A stretch of DNA of 64,000 nt, from NCBI GenBank assembly GCA_002245135.1, contig NGBS01000313.1:1-64000 (forward strand). The letters run 5' to 3'. A program made the position numbers and the translations under genes. The notes under the pieces were generated by a model that saw nothing but the letters and a program-made list of their open reading frames with translations, was not told where the DNA came from and searched no databases. The DNA is from Proteromonas lacertae. Its lineage: Eukaryota. Each line of letters starts with the position of its first letter. The stretch's first letter is position 1. Positions 43,652 through 57,220 of this stretch are shown here, in pieces.

Positions 43652-46600
43652 TTATAAACTAATTGGTTTACTTCTATTATGATTGTTGTATATTCTTTTT
43701 CTATATTCTTCATAACTATACCATGTAGCTCCAACTATAGTAATTCCAGCTCCAATTGTTCCTAAAGCTGGGTTGAATAATAAAGGGACAGGGCAGTGGC
43801 GGGACAAGGGCATGTCCCGGGCAAAAATTGAAAGGGGCGTCCTTTATACTATCTAAAAATAGAAAAGGGTACAATTTGCCCTTTTCAATTATTTTATTTG
43901 AATTTTTATATTTTGTGCGATTTTAGGGATATTAAACGCTATAAAAATATTTATTCTTTTCATAATTATGTATTATTATCTTATAACAATAACAAACAAT
44001 AATATTTCATTATAATAATAGCCTTAAAAGTAAGGGCTTTGAGATCCTTCATCACTAAAACCTTCATCACTAGAACTTTCATTTTCATCACTAGAACTTT
44101 TATCTTCATCACTAGAATTTTCATCACTTAAACCTTCATCGCTAGAACTACCAGAACTTTCATCTTCATCACCAGAACATTGATAATCTAAAGTGTCATA
44201 TACTATATTGTTATCAATTTCATTCAGCACATCTAAATTATATTCTTCTTCACTAATATCATTATCATCTTCATTTCTATCTTTTTCTTTGTTTTTTTCT
44301 TTTAATAAATCATATTTTATTCTTAAAATATTATTTATAGTATTAAGCTGTAATTTATTTCTAATATGATTATGAACTATTCCCTCAATACTAAATGAAC
44401 GTTCAATAAATGAGCTTGTGACAGGAATAGTTGAAAGAATATCATATAGCTTCTTAACATTTGGGTAAAAAACTCCATACATATTGTACCATATATTAGT
44501 TGATATCTTTTTCGAAAATATATCTGAAGGGCACTTTTTGGAGTATGGTTTTCTTCTTTCAAAATGATATATCTCATTTAATGCTTTCTGATTTAAAATA
44601 GGGCTGAATTTAGATAATATATATCTTTTTATATTATCCTTCTCCATGTCTGAAAATTTATGTTTACTGTTTATGTCTAAAAATTCATATAGAGCTAAAA
44701 TGCTGTAGTTTGCATGTCTAGTCTCTTTTTTTATAATGTCTTTAATAAGTTCTTTTTCACTTGATGACCTTTTCATTAACTTTCTTTTAATTTTGGTCAA
44801 TATTCTGAAACCATCATTTAATGTAGATGAATCTTTGCATAATAAGTGTATATTTGTGGAAATATATTTTGCAATCTTGTAGCATTCTTTAATTTCTGGT
44901 ATATCTTCTTCCTTTAATAATTTTATCTGTAATAAAATTTCTTTATTGAGTAATATTTTTCTAAATACATCGCTATAGCTTGACCATCTCGTATCACATC
45001 CCTTGCGTATTTGGATATTTTTTTGTATAATTGAATATATAATTTCTCTAATCTTTTGATTATTATTTAACTTATGAATAATGTCATTACACATGATTAT
45101 CACTTTTTTGTATTTCTCTATTTCGAATACTTTTTTACTGATTAAGTTTAGGATGTGTGCTAAACATCCAAACTTTACTACAGGTCTATTTATTTTTTTC
45201 TCTAAAATACTACTTATCTTTTTCATGGTGTAGTTGTTATCACTACTCACAGCAACAATGTTTTTAATATCTAGTTTATACTTCACTAATGTTTGAATTA
45301 TTAATTCCACTATATTTTCTGATGTTTCTCGTTTATGTAAATAAATGGATTCCAAAAACGAAATATCACTGCTTTTCTTTATTGCCAAATTAATAACGTT
45401 TTCATTGGTTACTGATTTCCAAGAGTCCACAATTATACATATTTTACTGTTATCTACAATTTCCTTTACTATTCTTTCTGCTTCTTCGTTCATTGATGCT
45501 TTTATTTTGTTTATTGTTATTGACTTTGTAGTTGGATTTAATGCATATATTAGATTTTTAAAGGATTTAGATTGTATGGTTCTGAAAGCTAAGTTATTTT
45601 CTATAAGATATTTGGTCACCATTAAGTTTATTGCACGTTCATCATATCTCAATTCTGTAAGTTTTGATTGGATTAGCTTTTCACTACATCTAATTTAATA
45701 AATATAATAAATATATTTATACTTTTTGTAATGACGTTTCAAATTAGTGCAATGAGCAATAATCATTGCCTTGCACCTTCTGCATTGAATTCTGTTGTAT
45801 TTTTCAAGGGGTTTCTTTAACACCACATCTTCATTAAAGTATCTATACACAGCATCTCTCGTTTTACCCATATACAATTGAAATGCAAAATGATAGCTCG
45901 AAATTCTCAAACCATTTTCTAAATATTCAAATAATTGCTTGAAATACATTAAGTAGTATGCAAAATATACTAAATAGTAATTTTGAAATAGTTTTTCTAT
46001 TAGTTTATGAAATATATTATGTTATTATCATAACAAGTACTATTGATTATCAATTAACTGAAAATACCCATTCTATAGCTATACTTCTTAATTATCTATA
46101 TGATATATGTGTAATATACAAAATTATTTATTATATAAATTTCATTTATGTTCAGTGACGTCAATCACCTTGAAATGTACATAATGTATATATATGCATA
46201 TCAGAATATGATATACAGTATGTATATTCTATATAATTAGTATATATGCATAAACATATGATATTATATAATCATAAGAAAAGTAGATGACTATTATGCT
46301 ATAATACACAATAATATATCCTTTTTAACATATGTTAGTATATCTAGATGATAATATGGAAAAGTTATAACAAAAAATCAGAAAAAATATACTACAGCAT
46401 AACACATGGTAATATTACTATGCCCGAGCAGTAAGGGGCAGGCTTCTTTTCAGCTGAAAAAAAAGGGGCAAAAATAGGGCAAAATTCGAAAAGGACGCCC
46501 TTTATCGAACCCAGTCCTAAAGGAGTTAATTCAGAGTTAAATAAAATAACTGAAAGAAAAACCATCACAACTTGTTTCACATTTCCTCCAACAGTAATCC

Positions 46601-47392
46601 ACACAGGATTAGTCGCTTTATTTGCTTCAAAATTTGACAAATTTAACAAAAATGCACAAAAACCATGAAATAATAATAGCAATATAATACTAAATCTTGT
46701 ATTAACTAACCATTCAGTATAAAAATCAAAATCTGTATATAAAGTCAATGGAAATAACTCCGCACAACCATAAAAACTTGTATATTCTAACAATTGAAAT
46801 ACTGGGACTTTATCATCACCAGATAAAAATAATTTTGTTAATACTGATTTAGTGGATGATAATATACATCCAAATAATACAATAAATAAACCATAAAATG
46901 TTAATTTCACTTCTCCTGCTGTTAATATTATTGAACCAACTACTACTGGAACTAGAGACAACCAGATTCTAAATGGCTCTCTTTTATGAAGTATAATTGT
47001 TGATAATAGAGCTGTTATTAATGGTATAGTACAACGAACCATCTATTAACAATAAATTAGTAGATTAAAAAAATGTTATACTTGCACAAATGCTAAACTA
47101 CAATATCTTATACCAGCATTACCAGATACAATATTTAACATAAATATAATTGACATTAAGAATAATTTGAAATTTAAATGTTTTGATATTTCTATTTTTC
47201 CATATCTAACACCATATTTCTTAAGTACTATCAGTGACATTGTACCACTAGTAATCATATGAACCTATAATTTTACTAACAGAGAAATACTAAAGTAACA
47301 CATCTATGTGATGCTTTTAATTGTGAAAAAAAAGTTTTGTTTAGGACAGTCACAAATATATTCAAGCAAAACCATATTGCATACCAATACAT
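43652..47392 (-). CDS. Nucleotide-sugar/triose-phosphate translocator (DMT/TPT family), interrupted in its last TM helix by the hAT element
   Basis: WFCLNIFVTVLNK, GNVKQV motifs; removing the element and one TSD gives ...NSELTPLG-TIGAGITIVGATWYSYEE...PISL* with stop at 43652-43654. Confidence 0.88.
43768..46514 (-). mobile_element. hAT-superfamily DNA transposon, 2747 bp
   Basis: 8-bp TSD TCCTAAAG at 43760-43767 and 46515-46522; imperfect TIR CTGGGTT(GA/CG)ATAA; GGGCA-rich subterminal repeats at both ends. Confidence 0.95.
44024..45871 (-). CDS. hAT transposase with N-terminal BED-type zinc finger; intron 45690-45722
   Basis: CRRC..NLKRHYKK^C; IVDSW, SSDN, CLAH, TRW and IERSFS catalytic and dimerisation motifs; the 33-nt intron joins two ORFs in frame. 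Confidence 0.92.
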
Positions 47393-47471
47393 GCAAAAAA
47401 TACCAAAAATAAAATTTAAAATAAAAAAGCTTGAGTGTTTGATCGTTTCAAAATCATATTTTATTCATTTA

Positions 47472-49980
47472 ATGGATGTAAAAGAAGAAACTTCTCCAAC
47501 TAAATCAAAAATAATGGCAAAGATTAAGTCATCATTTGAACCAAAAGGTGTTAATCAGTCACCTGATAAACAATCAAAAGATAGAGAAAGTAAAAGTCCA
47601 TTAACTTCCCCTCGAAGTTCTCTCAATTCTATAAAGTCTACTAAAAGAAGACCATTATATGAAACCACTAAATCTTTACCTATTATGGATTCTTCTGGAG
47701 CAAGAGAATTAGACCCAATATATGGTAAAGGAAGTAAAGAGAGATTAAATGTATATGAAATATCACATGCAGCAACTGTTTCAAAAATCACAGACAACAG
47801 AAATCGAAATGTTGATTTTGAGTTTTATAAGAATGATTTAAGATCTGTATATATCTATATATTATAACATTAATAAATAGGATCCAAGAGAGATGATGCC
47901 TGTAATCCTCCCTAAACCAGTAAAAAGACCAAAACTAAAAAGAATAAAGATAAAACCGTATTAATAGTAATTAGTATTAATTTATAATGAATAGAAAGGG
48001 TAAATGGATACCACCTGATGATGGATGGAATAAAAGTACACATTTAAAGAAACAAATAGACCCACCATCTATGTTTATGAAAGCTGATTATGATTTATCA
48101 AAATTATATGCCGTAGTAGGTGGATTGACATTAGAACAAATAAATGAAGAAAGAAGGCAAAGAAAATTAAGAAAACAACAGCATTTGAATAAAACCTATC
48201 GAGAATTAATTCCAAGTGATTATAAATTCCCAACCAATATTCGAAGAACAACCAATTCAATACAAAGAAAACAACAAAAATTGAACTTAATCGAACAAGC
48301 AGAGAATGAAAATAAAGAAAAAGATGAAAATCGTGAATTACCTAAATGGCCAATATCTAATGAGTTTAACTATATGATGGAATTAAAGAAAGAAGATGAA
48401 CTAGAAACAAGGTTATTAAAAATGAGTGAAACGGCTAGTTTAGCAACAACACCAAATGCAAATAGTTTGAGATCTTCACCGATTAATTCACGTGCAAATA
48501 GTCCATTACAATTATTACTATCACCATCACCATCACAAGATCAAGGTATGTCATTAAAACAGAGATTGATTAGAGATAGAAATCAAGATACTCTCATGTC
48601 AACAAGTAATAACAATAACAATCATAATAATAATATATTACAATTACAACCCATTAATAATAATAATAGTAAAAAAGAAATCACATTTTTAACAGGATTA
48701 GTATCAACACCAGTCGCAGCTAGTCGTTATGCAGCAGAAATGTTAAACGAAACACAATCACCATTAGAGAATTATGAAGAGAACAATGATATATCTCAGC
48801 GTAGAATATTAACTTATGAATATACTAAACTATTAAAAGGCCATAGTGGTAATATAATATGTATTGATTCTAACATTGATTACTTCGTTACTGGTAGTGA
48901 TGATGGATATGTGATACAGTGGGATAGTGAAGGATATAATATAATATATGTATATAAGAATCATTATGATGCTGTCAATCAAGTGTTTATATCAACACAG
49001 AATAATTATATGATTTCTGCATCTAATGATAGAACAATTTATATCTTTTTTTTTCCTTATAATATTTATTTTTATATATTTTCTTTAATTTTATTGCAAG
49101 TATTGCTCATTTAGTATCTCACAAGTTATTGAATAGATTATTTGGACATACTAGTGGTATATCTTCACTATCATTTGAAAGAAATATTGTATAATTATTA
49201 TTATATAAATTATTATTATTATTATTAAATAGTTATTATCAGGTGGACAAGATGGCAAGTTATTTTTATGGTCCTCTCATAGTGAAGATCCAATTTTTAC
49301 ATTCCCAGATCAGAATGATATAATTAGTAAAGTATTTATATGTTTAGATTTCTTTCTCACTGCTACTGTCAATGGTGATGTTAGGAAATGGCATAAAACT
49401 GATTGTAATTGTATATATATATATTAATATTTATATTAATATTTTATTAGTATTATTATCACATGAATCTACTGGTAATTTATCAGATTTAGTCATATCA
49501 AAAGATAAATCATTTTGCATTGGTTGTTATAATGATGGACAAATTAAAGTATTGTCATTAAAAGAATCATTTATTATTCGTACGTTTGACACTGGTTTGG
49601 ATAATATATTACATGTAATAAACAGTAGAAATTCTCAATATTGTATAATTGGTGGAAATAATGGAGAAGTAATAAAAGTGAATTTAGATAATGGAGAAAA
49701 AGAGGAATTATATCGACATGAAAGTTGGATTTTGAGTTTACATTTAATTAATGATTTGTTAGTTAGTTCTTCGTTTGATGGCACCGTTTATGTTTATAAT
49801 TCCTTTGCTAATACACAGAATATACTCAGTGGAACTGGTGATCCAATTTATAATGCAATCATCTATAACAATGGTATTATATTGGGATTAGAGAATAATT
49901 ATATTGTACAGTGGTGTCTACCAATTAATGAAGCAATTAAACCTAATGATTATTTCCATAGAATGAAGATTCAAAAATAA
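47472..49980 (+). CDS. WD40-repeat protein with long low-complexity N-terminal half
   Basis: GHSGNI..VTGSDDG..WD, ISASNDRT, SSSFDGTV. Confidence 0.8.
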
Positions 49981-50138
49981 TCAGAATTATATATATCTTA
50001 TTTATTTCTATTTTATTTGATATGTTTTTTTTTTATTATATATATAACCCAACCAATTAATAAAATAAAAAGAAAAAGCAAATTATGATAATAAAAACAC
50101 TTACTATAAATATATATGTATAAAAATTTTGCACTTAT

Positions 50139-50879
50139 TTATTTATTCATTGGATCATACCATTTAATCTCCTCAGACTCTGTATCATCTTGAGATTGCT
50201 TTTCATCAACCTCAGGTTCAACTATTCCTTCTGAAATTATTATCATATCTTTAGCATCGCTCGATAAAGAACTTATAGACTGTTGAACCTGAGTAGATAC
50301 TGACTGGATTTGACTTAATGCCTCACTTGTTTGTTTCTGTATAGTAGTTTTACTTAAAAATCGACCCCCTTCTCCTCTTGGTCTGCTTACTGCATGTAAA
50401 TGTCTACTTTGGTGTAAATATGGTCTTTTATGAAGATGAGCTAAATCCCTTTGTTTAGCAGCTCTAGCTTGTCTTCTTTTTATTATTCTTTGATATTGCT
50501 TTGCATTTACGTAAATAGGTTCATCATCAGCTACATCTGTCGGTAATTGAACTCTTGGATATATGGGCGCCATGACATTTGAAGGTGCAGTAAAGTGCTG
50601 AAACATCATTACATTTAAAGGATTGTTGTTACTATACAGTTGTCTTTGTTGATTCTATTTTAACTAAATCAAAGCATATTAATACCGGATCCATCGCACT
50701 CATTGTGCTATTAATAGAAGCATTGATAGAATTGAAATCTATAAGTCCATTGCTGGTTACTGAGTTGAAATCTTGCGAAGTGTATTCTGTCTGTAGTGCG
50801 CCTATTAAAATAGATAATAGATAATTCATAAATAATATTAAATGATATATTAATAATAAATACTTCCTATTCCTTCCAT
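50139..50879 (-). CDS. NFYA: CCAAT-binding transcription factor subunit NF-YA (HAP2)
   Basis: EPIYVNAKQYQRIIKRRQARA...PYLHQSRHLHAVSRPRGEGGRF. Confidence 0.93.
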
Positions 50880-51041
50880 AAAACACTCAAATCAATATTC
50901 AAAAATCAAACTATTCAGTTCAAAAAATAGAGGAGTTTCACAAAATTTACACATTTTTCTATTCGCTAATTACAAAAACTCTAAATAAATCAATAGATTA
51001 ATGTGGAAGATTCAATTATTATCACAATCACTTTTAATTAC

Positions 51042-52199
51042 TTATAATCCCACAGGATCAACATCAATCACAGAACATCATCATATTCAGGACTTTTTAC
51101 AGAGTATTGGAACTTCCAACCATACGCAGCACCAGCATGTTCTCCTTTCTTATTAGCACAAACCATAGCACCCATATATTTAGGATAATACTTGGCAATT
51201 TGTTTCAAAGGTTTTTCACATGCTTCTTTCACAGATAAACCTTGTTCCATTAACATAACAGCTTGATGAGCAGGTAGAAATCTCATTAAAATATCACCAT
51301 CACCTGTAGCAGCAGCTGCACCAACATCATTATCAACATATGAACCACTACCAGTAATTGGAGAATCTCCAACTCTTCCAGCTATTTTATGAGAAGCACC
51401 ATTTGTACTAGCTCCACAGGCAATGTTTGTATTATTATCAATAACAATCATACCTATTGTATCATGATTCTCTTTGGAAATATATTTATTTTCAGATTGA
51501 TGAAGTTGTTGTTGTTTGTTTTTATGGTTGAGATTGAATGGTTTGTAAGGTGGACAATGATCTGATTGACCTTCCACGTTGGTGTAAAAGTTTGGCTGAC
51601 ATTTTTCATTCACCCAGTCTTTGTACAATTGTTCTGAATCTATTTATATATATATAATATATTTAATTATTATTATAATTATACATGGAGTAATTGTTGT
51701 TTCATTTGGAAATCCCATCATCAATGCAAATCTATCAGCTCCTGTTCCTACTAACATCGTATGAGTTGTGTGTTCCATTACTTTACGAGCAACACTGATT
51801 GCATGTCGACTATGAGTTAAATATCCTACTGCTCCTACACTGTGAGTTAAACCATCCATAATCATTGCATCTAAACTTGTCACTCCTGTATCATCTGGAC
51901 TTCCACCAAATCCTACTGTATGATCACATTGCATATTCTAAATACTATAAACTATACACTAATACTTCACATTTTGAACAACCCATCTCTACAGCATCTA
52001 AATTTGATCCACCTTCATTAATCTATCCAGATTAAAATATAAATATACTGTATTCCATGCTTCTCTAGTTGCATTAACAAATGGCCATGTATTAATGACT
52101 AAAGGAAGTTTAAAGCACGAAACCAACTATTTAAAATGATTTGGAACAAAAATATACTTGGATTGTAATCAAGATCAAGAGAATAAGCTTCATTTTCAT
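51042..52199 (-). CDS. AGA: N(4)-(beta-N-acetylglucosaminyl)-L-asparaginase (aspartylglucosaminidase)
   Basis: Signal peptide, [26 protein letters not shown] autocleavage site, [17 protein letters not shown]. Confidence 0.92.
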
Positions 52200-52293
52200 T
52201 ACTTGAAACGAATATATTTTTGATTAAAATGAAACACAATAAATAATCAATAATAAAAGCAATATATAATAAAATATAATATATCAACAATAA

Positions 52294-55200
52294 TTAAAGT
52301 GCTGCAGTCATATATTGACAACCTTCACCACTAAATCCATCAAAACAACTACATTGACCAGTTTGATAATTACATACTCCTCTTCCACTACAATCTTGTT
52401 TTACATCACTTGTAGAACCAGAATCAAGTGGATCTACACTGGATGGACATTCGATTAAACTACAATCATATCCTCTATGTCGATCATCGCATTTACAACC
52501 ATAAATTCTATCATTTAGATATCCACTATAATCTTTCAATTCTACATTTGATAACAATTCACTTAGTAATACACATCGACCATTTCCATTACAATTATTT
52601 GGACATTCTATTCTATCACATATTCTTCCAGTAAATCCATCAAAACATTGACATTGTCCTGTTTTTCTATCACATTTACCTTGACCACTACATTCTATTG
52701 CACCAAAAAATACATCGCTTGGTCTTACAGTAAATCGAAGTGGTTCACCTGAATATGTTGATAATGATCTAAGTGTTGTGTATTGAAGGATTATATTTTG
52801 GAAGTTGTAGTTTATTGATTGTTTTAATTATTAATGTATTTTCGTTATTTCTTACACTAGCTATTATATCTGAATCTATAAATGTAACTCCACTATGAAC
52901 TTCTATTGTCATTCCAGGATTGGCATTTCTCATAAATAATGCACTAACTTCTTTACTAATATCAACAGGTAAATGTAATTCATTTTTCTCTTTATATATG
53001 TTAAGTATATCATTTGTTTTATTTACATCATAATTAACTGATGGATTTCCATCTTTATCTTTCACATCGATTGGTTTTCCATCAATTGTACCATAATACC
53101 ATTTACCTTCTGCATCTTTTGTACAACTTTCACCAATATCTAAACGATTAATTGACATTCTTGATTCCATTTTTGATGATTTTGAAGCTGGGAAACAAAT
53201 ATTTCCTTCAGCAGCTTTTGTAGTAAGTTTTACATCAGCAGTTATACTACTAATTGTAGAAGTAGTATCTTTTGTTAATTCTTTTCCATTATTTGCATCA
53301 GGATCATAACATACTAATGGAATTGTAGTTGGCTTTACTTCGAGATAGTATATTAATTCATTAAATGCTTCTCCATATCCTTTCCATATTATTTTCCCAT
53401 CTTTTTCAACAACAGATTTAGCATATAATGATAAATCATTTCTTTTAAATCTAACTTCACAAGTTAAAGTATCACCTTTAACCACATCATTTTGACTGAT
53501 GAAATACATATTATCTCTATTATCTGTAATCTTTGTTTCGTTATTATAATATATAACATCTACTACTCCATCCCAACCTTGGACATTATTATGACAATAA
53601 AGAGATCCACCTTCTAAATTTAAACCTAATCCTTCCATAAACAATGAATTTACAACATCTTTATATTCAGTAAATGAATACTTTATTCTATATCCTTCAT
53701 CTGCAAGTTGTCTTAAGGTAACAGCAGTTGCTATATCTAAAATTGGAGTAGTTTTTACTATTACATATCCTTCATCAGTTTTATCTATTATTTCACTAAT
53801 TAATGCCGTTCCTTGAAAAACTAATTTTATATCTTTATACACTTCAACATATACATTTATTTCATTATTTTCATTTATGATATTTGTCACTGTTTCAGGT
53901 TTTGTCTCAGGAATTGGAATTGGTAAAACAGTTGATTTACCATCACTTGCATTTTCTTTTGATTTTTCTACAATAATATTTGATATATCTTTACCAACAT
54001 CAAGATTAAGTATTGGTGTTATTTCATCCTTTTCAGGTGTAGATGTTGTTGGTATTTCCACTTTTACTTCATTATCTGCTGGAGTATTAATTTCCAATTA
54101 TCATTACCTTCTTCTTTGTATAACTTTGATGCATCTGAGTCTTTCAAATTAAAATTCATTTACGACCAACTTTATACACTAAATAACAAATTGTATCAGC
54201 ATGTTAGCTGCAGATTAGCTTCAAATGTAAAAACAACATTCCATTCAACATTTATTTCCACTTATCTGTAGTTTTTTCTTCTAATATACTACTTGCAGAA
54301 TATATAACACATGAATTTCTTTGCCTTATCTTTATCCATTCCCATTCAAAGTAACTGCATTACCATATCCTGTCCATGTTATTGTACATCACTTGTTACA
54401 ACTGCACTATTATATAATGATAAATCATTTCTTTTATTTGTTACAATATAACTTGAATAATCACAATCTGGATTTATTTCTTCACTATATTTAATATAAC
54501 ATTCTTGTGGTGTATAAGATAATACATCGCCATTTATTTTAGATTCTTCTCCATTACATATTTTAGTAACTATTACACTTCCACCTTCTTTTCCTAAATT
54601 CAATTTCAATAGATAATGATGACATATAATTTTGTCATTATCACATTTATTATTTTCAATAATTTTATATTGTACTACTAATCCTAAATTATTATTCTTT
54701 TCATTAAATTCAGTTTTTAATTTCAACATTGCTGTTAATAATTTTACATTTACTATTCCTTCTTCCTCACTATCAACAGATGTAATAGCTGCTGTTTCAG
54801 TAGAAAGAGTAAATGTGGTAGGTTTATCTCTTAATACTAAACTCACTTCTAATATATTATCTACTTTTATATTTGTTTTAATTCAAATTAGTTGGTATAA
54901 ACAATGGGAATTTTGATGTTGAATAGTATTGATCAATAATTGATTGTATTTTATAATATCCAACCGTAACTACACCATTAGTTTATCTAATTCTATTCTA
55001 TTCAGATATATATTCTTCATATAAAAATTATTATTATGAACATCCTTAAAAAATGTATTACAAACAGCACATGCTTTAGTATAATCACTTGCTGTTGAAA
55101 TATCAATATCCCCATCTTCTAAAGTTCTCATTAAATAACATATATCACCTTTTGAAGGTTAGTATTACTTACAGGATCAGTTATAGTTATTTGTGTATTG

Positions 55201-57122
55201 CCACTATCATCAGCTAAAGCTACAGTATATTCTTTCAATTCACCAAAATCTCTACTTTCATTATAACATCTTGCTTTAAATTCTGGAGGAGAAACTGATG
55301 GGATAGTTAATCCAAGAGCAGTTAATATTTTGTAAACCCTTTCCATACTATTGGACTTGCTGCTCCTATAATTATATCCATATAACTAGTCATATCTTTT
55401 ATATCACTATCTTGTACTTTTTCACATTCTAAATCTAATGGAAAATTCTCACTTTCTTCATCACACCCTTCTACATAAGGATCACTACACATTGTCTTAG
55501 TATAATTAATATATGTAATAGGTGTAGGAGTTTCAACCTGCATATACTCTACCATGTATATCTTTATTCTTACCACACACAATATCACAACTTTTACAAT
55601 CCAATTTATATGATTTTGGAACTTTGTATATTTCTAAATTATTATCTGATTCTATAACTGCAATATTAGCACATTTTGTTACTGTTAATTTTAATTTATA
55701 TCTATTATCATCATCAGCTAACATTCTTGCTTTAATACTATCAAACTTCAATTCTTTATCAATCTTTACAACAAATGATGTTTTATTATAACTCACAACA
55801 TTTGCATCAGTAACTGGTGAAAATATACTTGCATCATCAGCATTTGCTTTATCCACTACTTTTACACTCAATTTTGCTCCTTTTCTTAAAGCTTTATAAA
55901 AGTCATTAATATCTGTATTCTTTTCATCATCCTTTTTAGGTGGTAATTCTATTTCTTTCTTTTCATTATAATTATTAATAATAAATCGAGTTAATGTACT
56001 ATCAATTGTCATATCGAATGAAGCAACAGTAACATCACTGTGTTTTTTATCTTTGAATAATAATTGATTCTTTTCATATGAAAAACCTTTACATTCATCA
56101 CATTGTCCATCTAATGATTTTGTATAATCTAATACAATATTTTCACCTTTTTTATTCACCATTAAAAAGCATTTGTCATCTTTAGCTAAACTACCTTTTA
56201 CTTTACCTTCTGTTATTGTTATTTCAATATCTGTATCTTTATCTGTTGATTTAGCAATTGTTGCAGAATGACTATACAAAAATCCATTTACATTATCTGT
56301 TGGATGATAACATAATATATCTAATTGATTAGAATCTATTTTAAACCCCATTGTTGTTAATATTTTAGCATAATTATCCAATGTTATTGTTGATTTTGTA
56401 ATATCAGCTATTGTAATATCAATATAATTTGTCATATCTTTCTTTGGATTAGTTGGAGTAGTACAAGTTAATGATTTTATTTCAGTGATAGTAGTTGTTA
56501 TAGTTGCTTCATCTTTCACATCATCTGTAACATATTTATCATATTTCACATGCATTTCATTAGAATTGTATGATAAGATTGTAGCAGTTGTAGAAACACT
56601 AGCATCATCATTCTTACAGGTTAAATCACAACTTATTATATCATCTGCACCACATGTATATTTACTATTCACTATTTTAAACACTGGAACAGTATTAGTA
56701 TTAATATTAAACTCATGGGTAATTTCAACAGCTGGTTCTTCTGCAGCACCATCTTCTAAACGTCTGGAAGGTGTTTTAGATAGAAATTTCTCTTTTTCTT
56801 TCAAACTACGGATTACAACAGTATTACTTCCTCCTGCTGGAGCACTCGTTATTAATTTGTTTGATGAACCAGTAAATACATTAAATGGAGCACCACGAGG
56901 ACACAAAGCTAAATAGAATAGATTTTATTCAAATGTATAAATAAAAATACCTTCACTACAATCAGCGCCTGTATATCCTGCTGTAGAATTTTCTACACTT
57001 GATAAACCTTGTTTATAGCAATTACAGGTTAAATCAAGAGTACACTTACCGTGGCCACTACATTCGTTGGGGCATTCACACGAAACAGCAATAATCAACA
57101 GCAAAAACAAAAATAGATTCAT
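52294..57122 (-). CDS. Large secreted EGF/tenascin-like (mastigoneme-protein-like) protein, fragmented by many single-base indels
   Basis: Signal peptide, then CPNECSGHGKC...YTGADCS^LCP; C-terminal EGF repeats (CSGRGVCNYQTGQCSCFDGFSGEGC); internal repeated beta-rich units. Confidence 0.7.
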
Positions 57123-57220
57123 GATTAGCTTAAAAAATCAACAATTCAATTCAACGAATCTATCAAAACCCCTCTATTTTTATAAACATTTTTCATTAAA
57201 AAACTCGATTAAATAAGTTT

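Noticed and set aside
44040..44180. Regular short repeats resembling an array (TCATCACTAGAACTTT)
   Set aside because: They encode the Ser/Asp/Glu tail of the hAT transposase; there are no unique spacers, so this is not CRISPR
46392..46514. Read-through of the transporter into the hAT end, giving a new tail ending CVML (CaaX-like)
   Set aside because: Chance translation of GC-rich subterminal repeats; there is no evidence of selection
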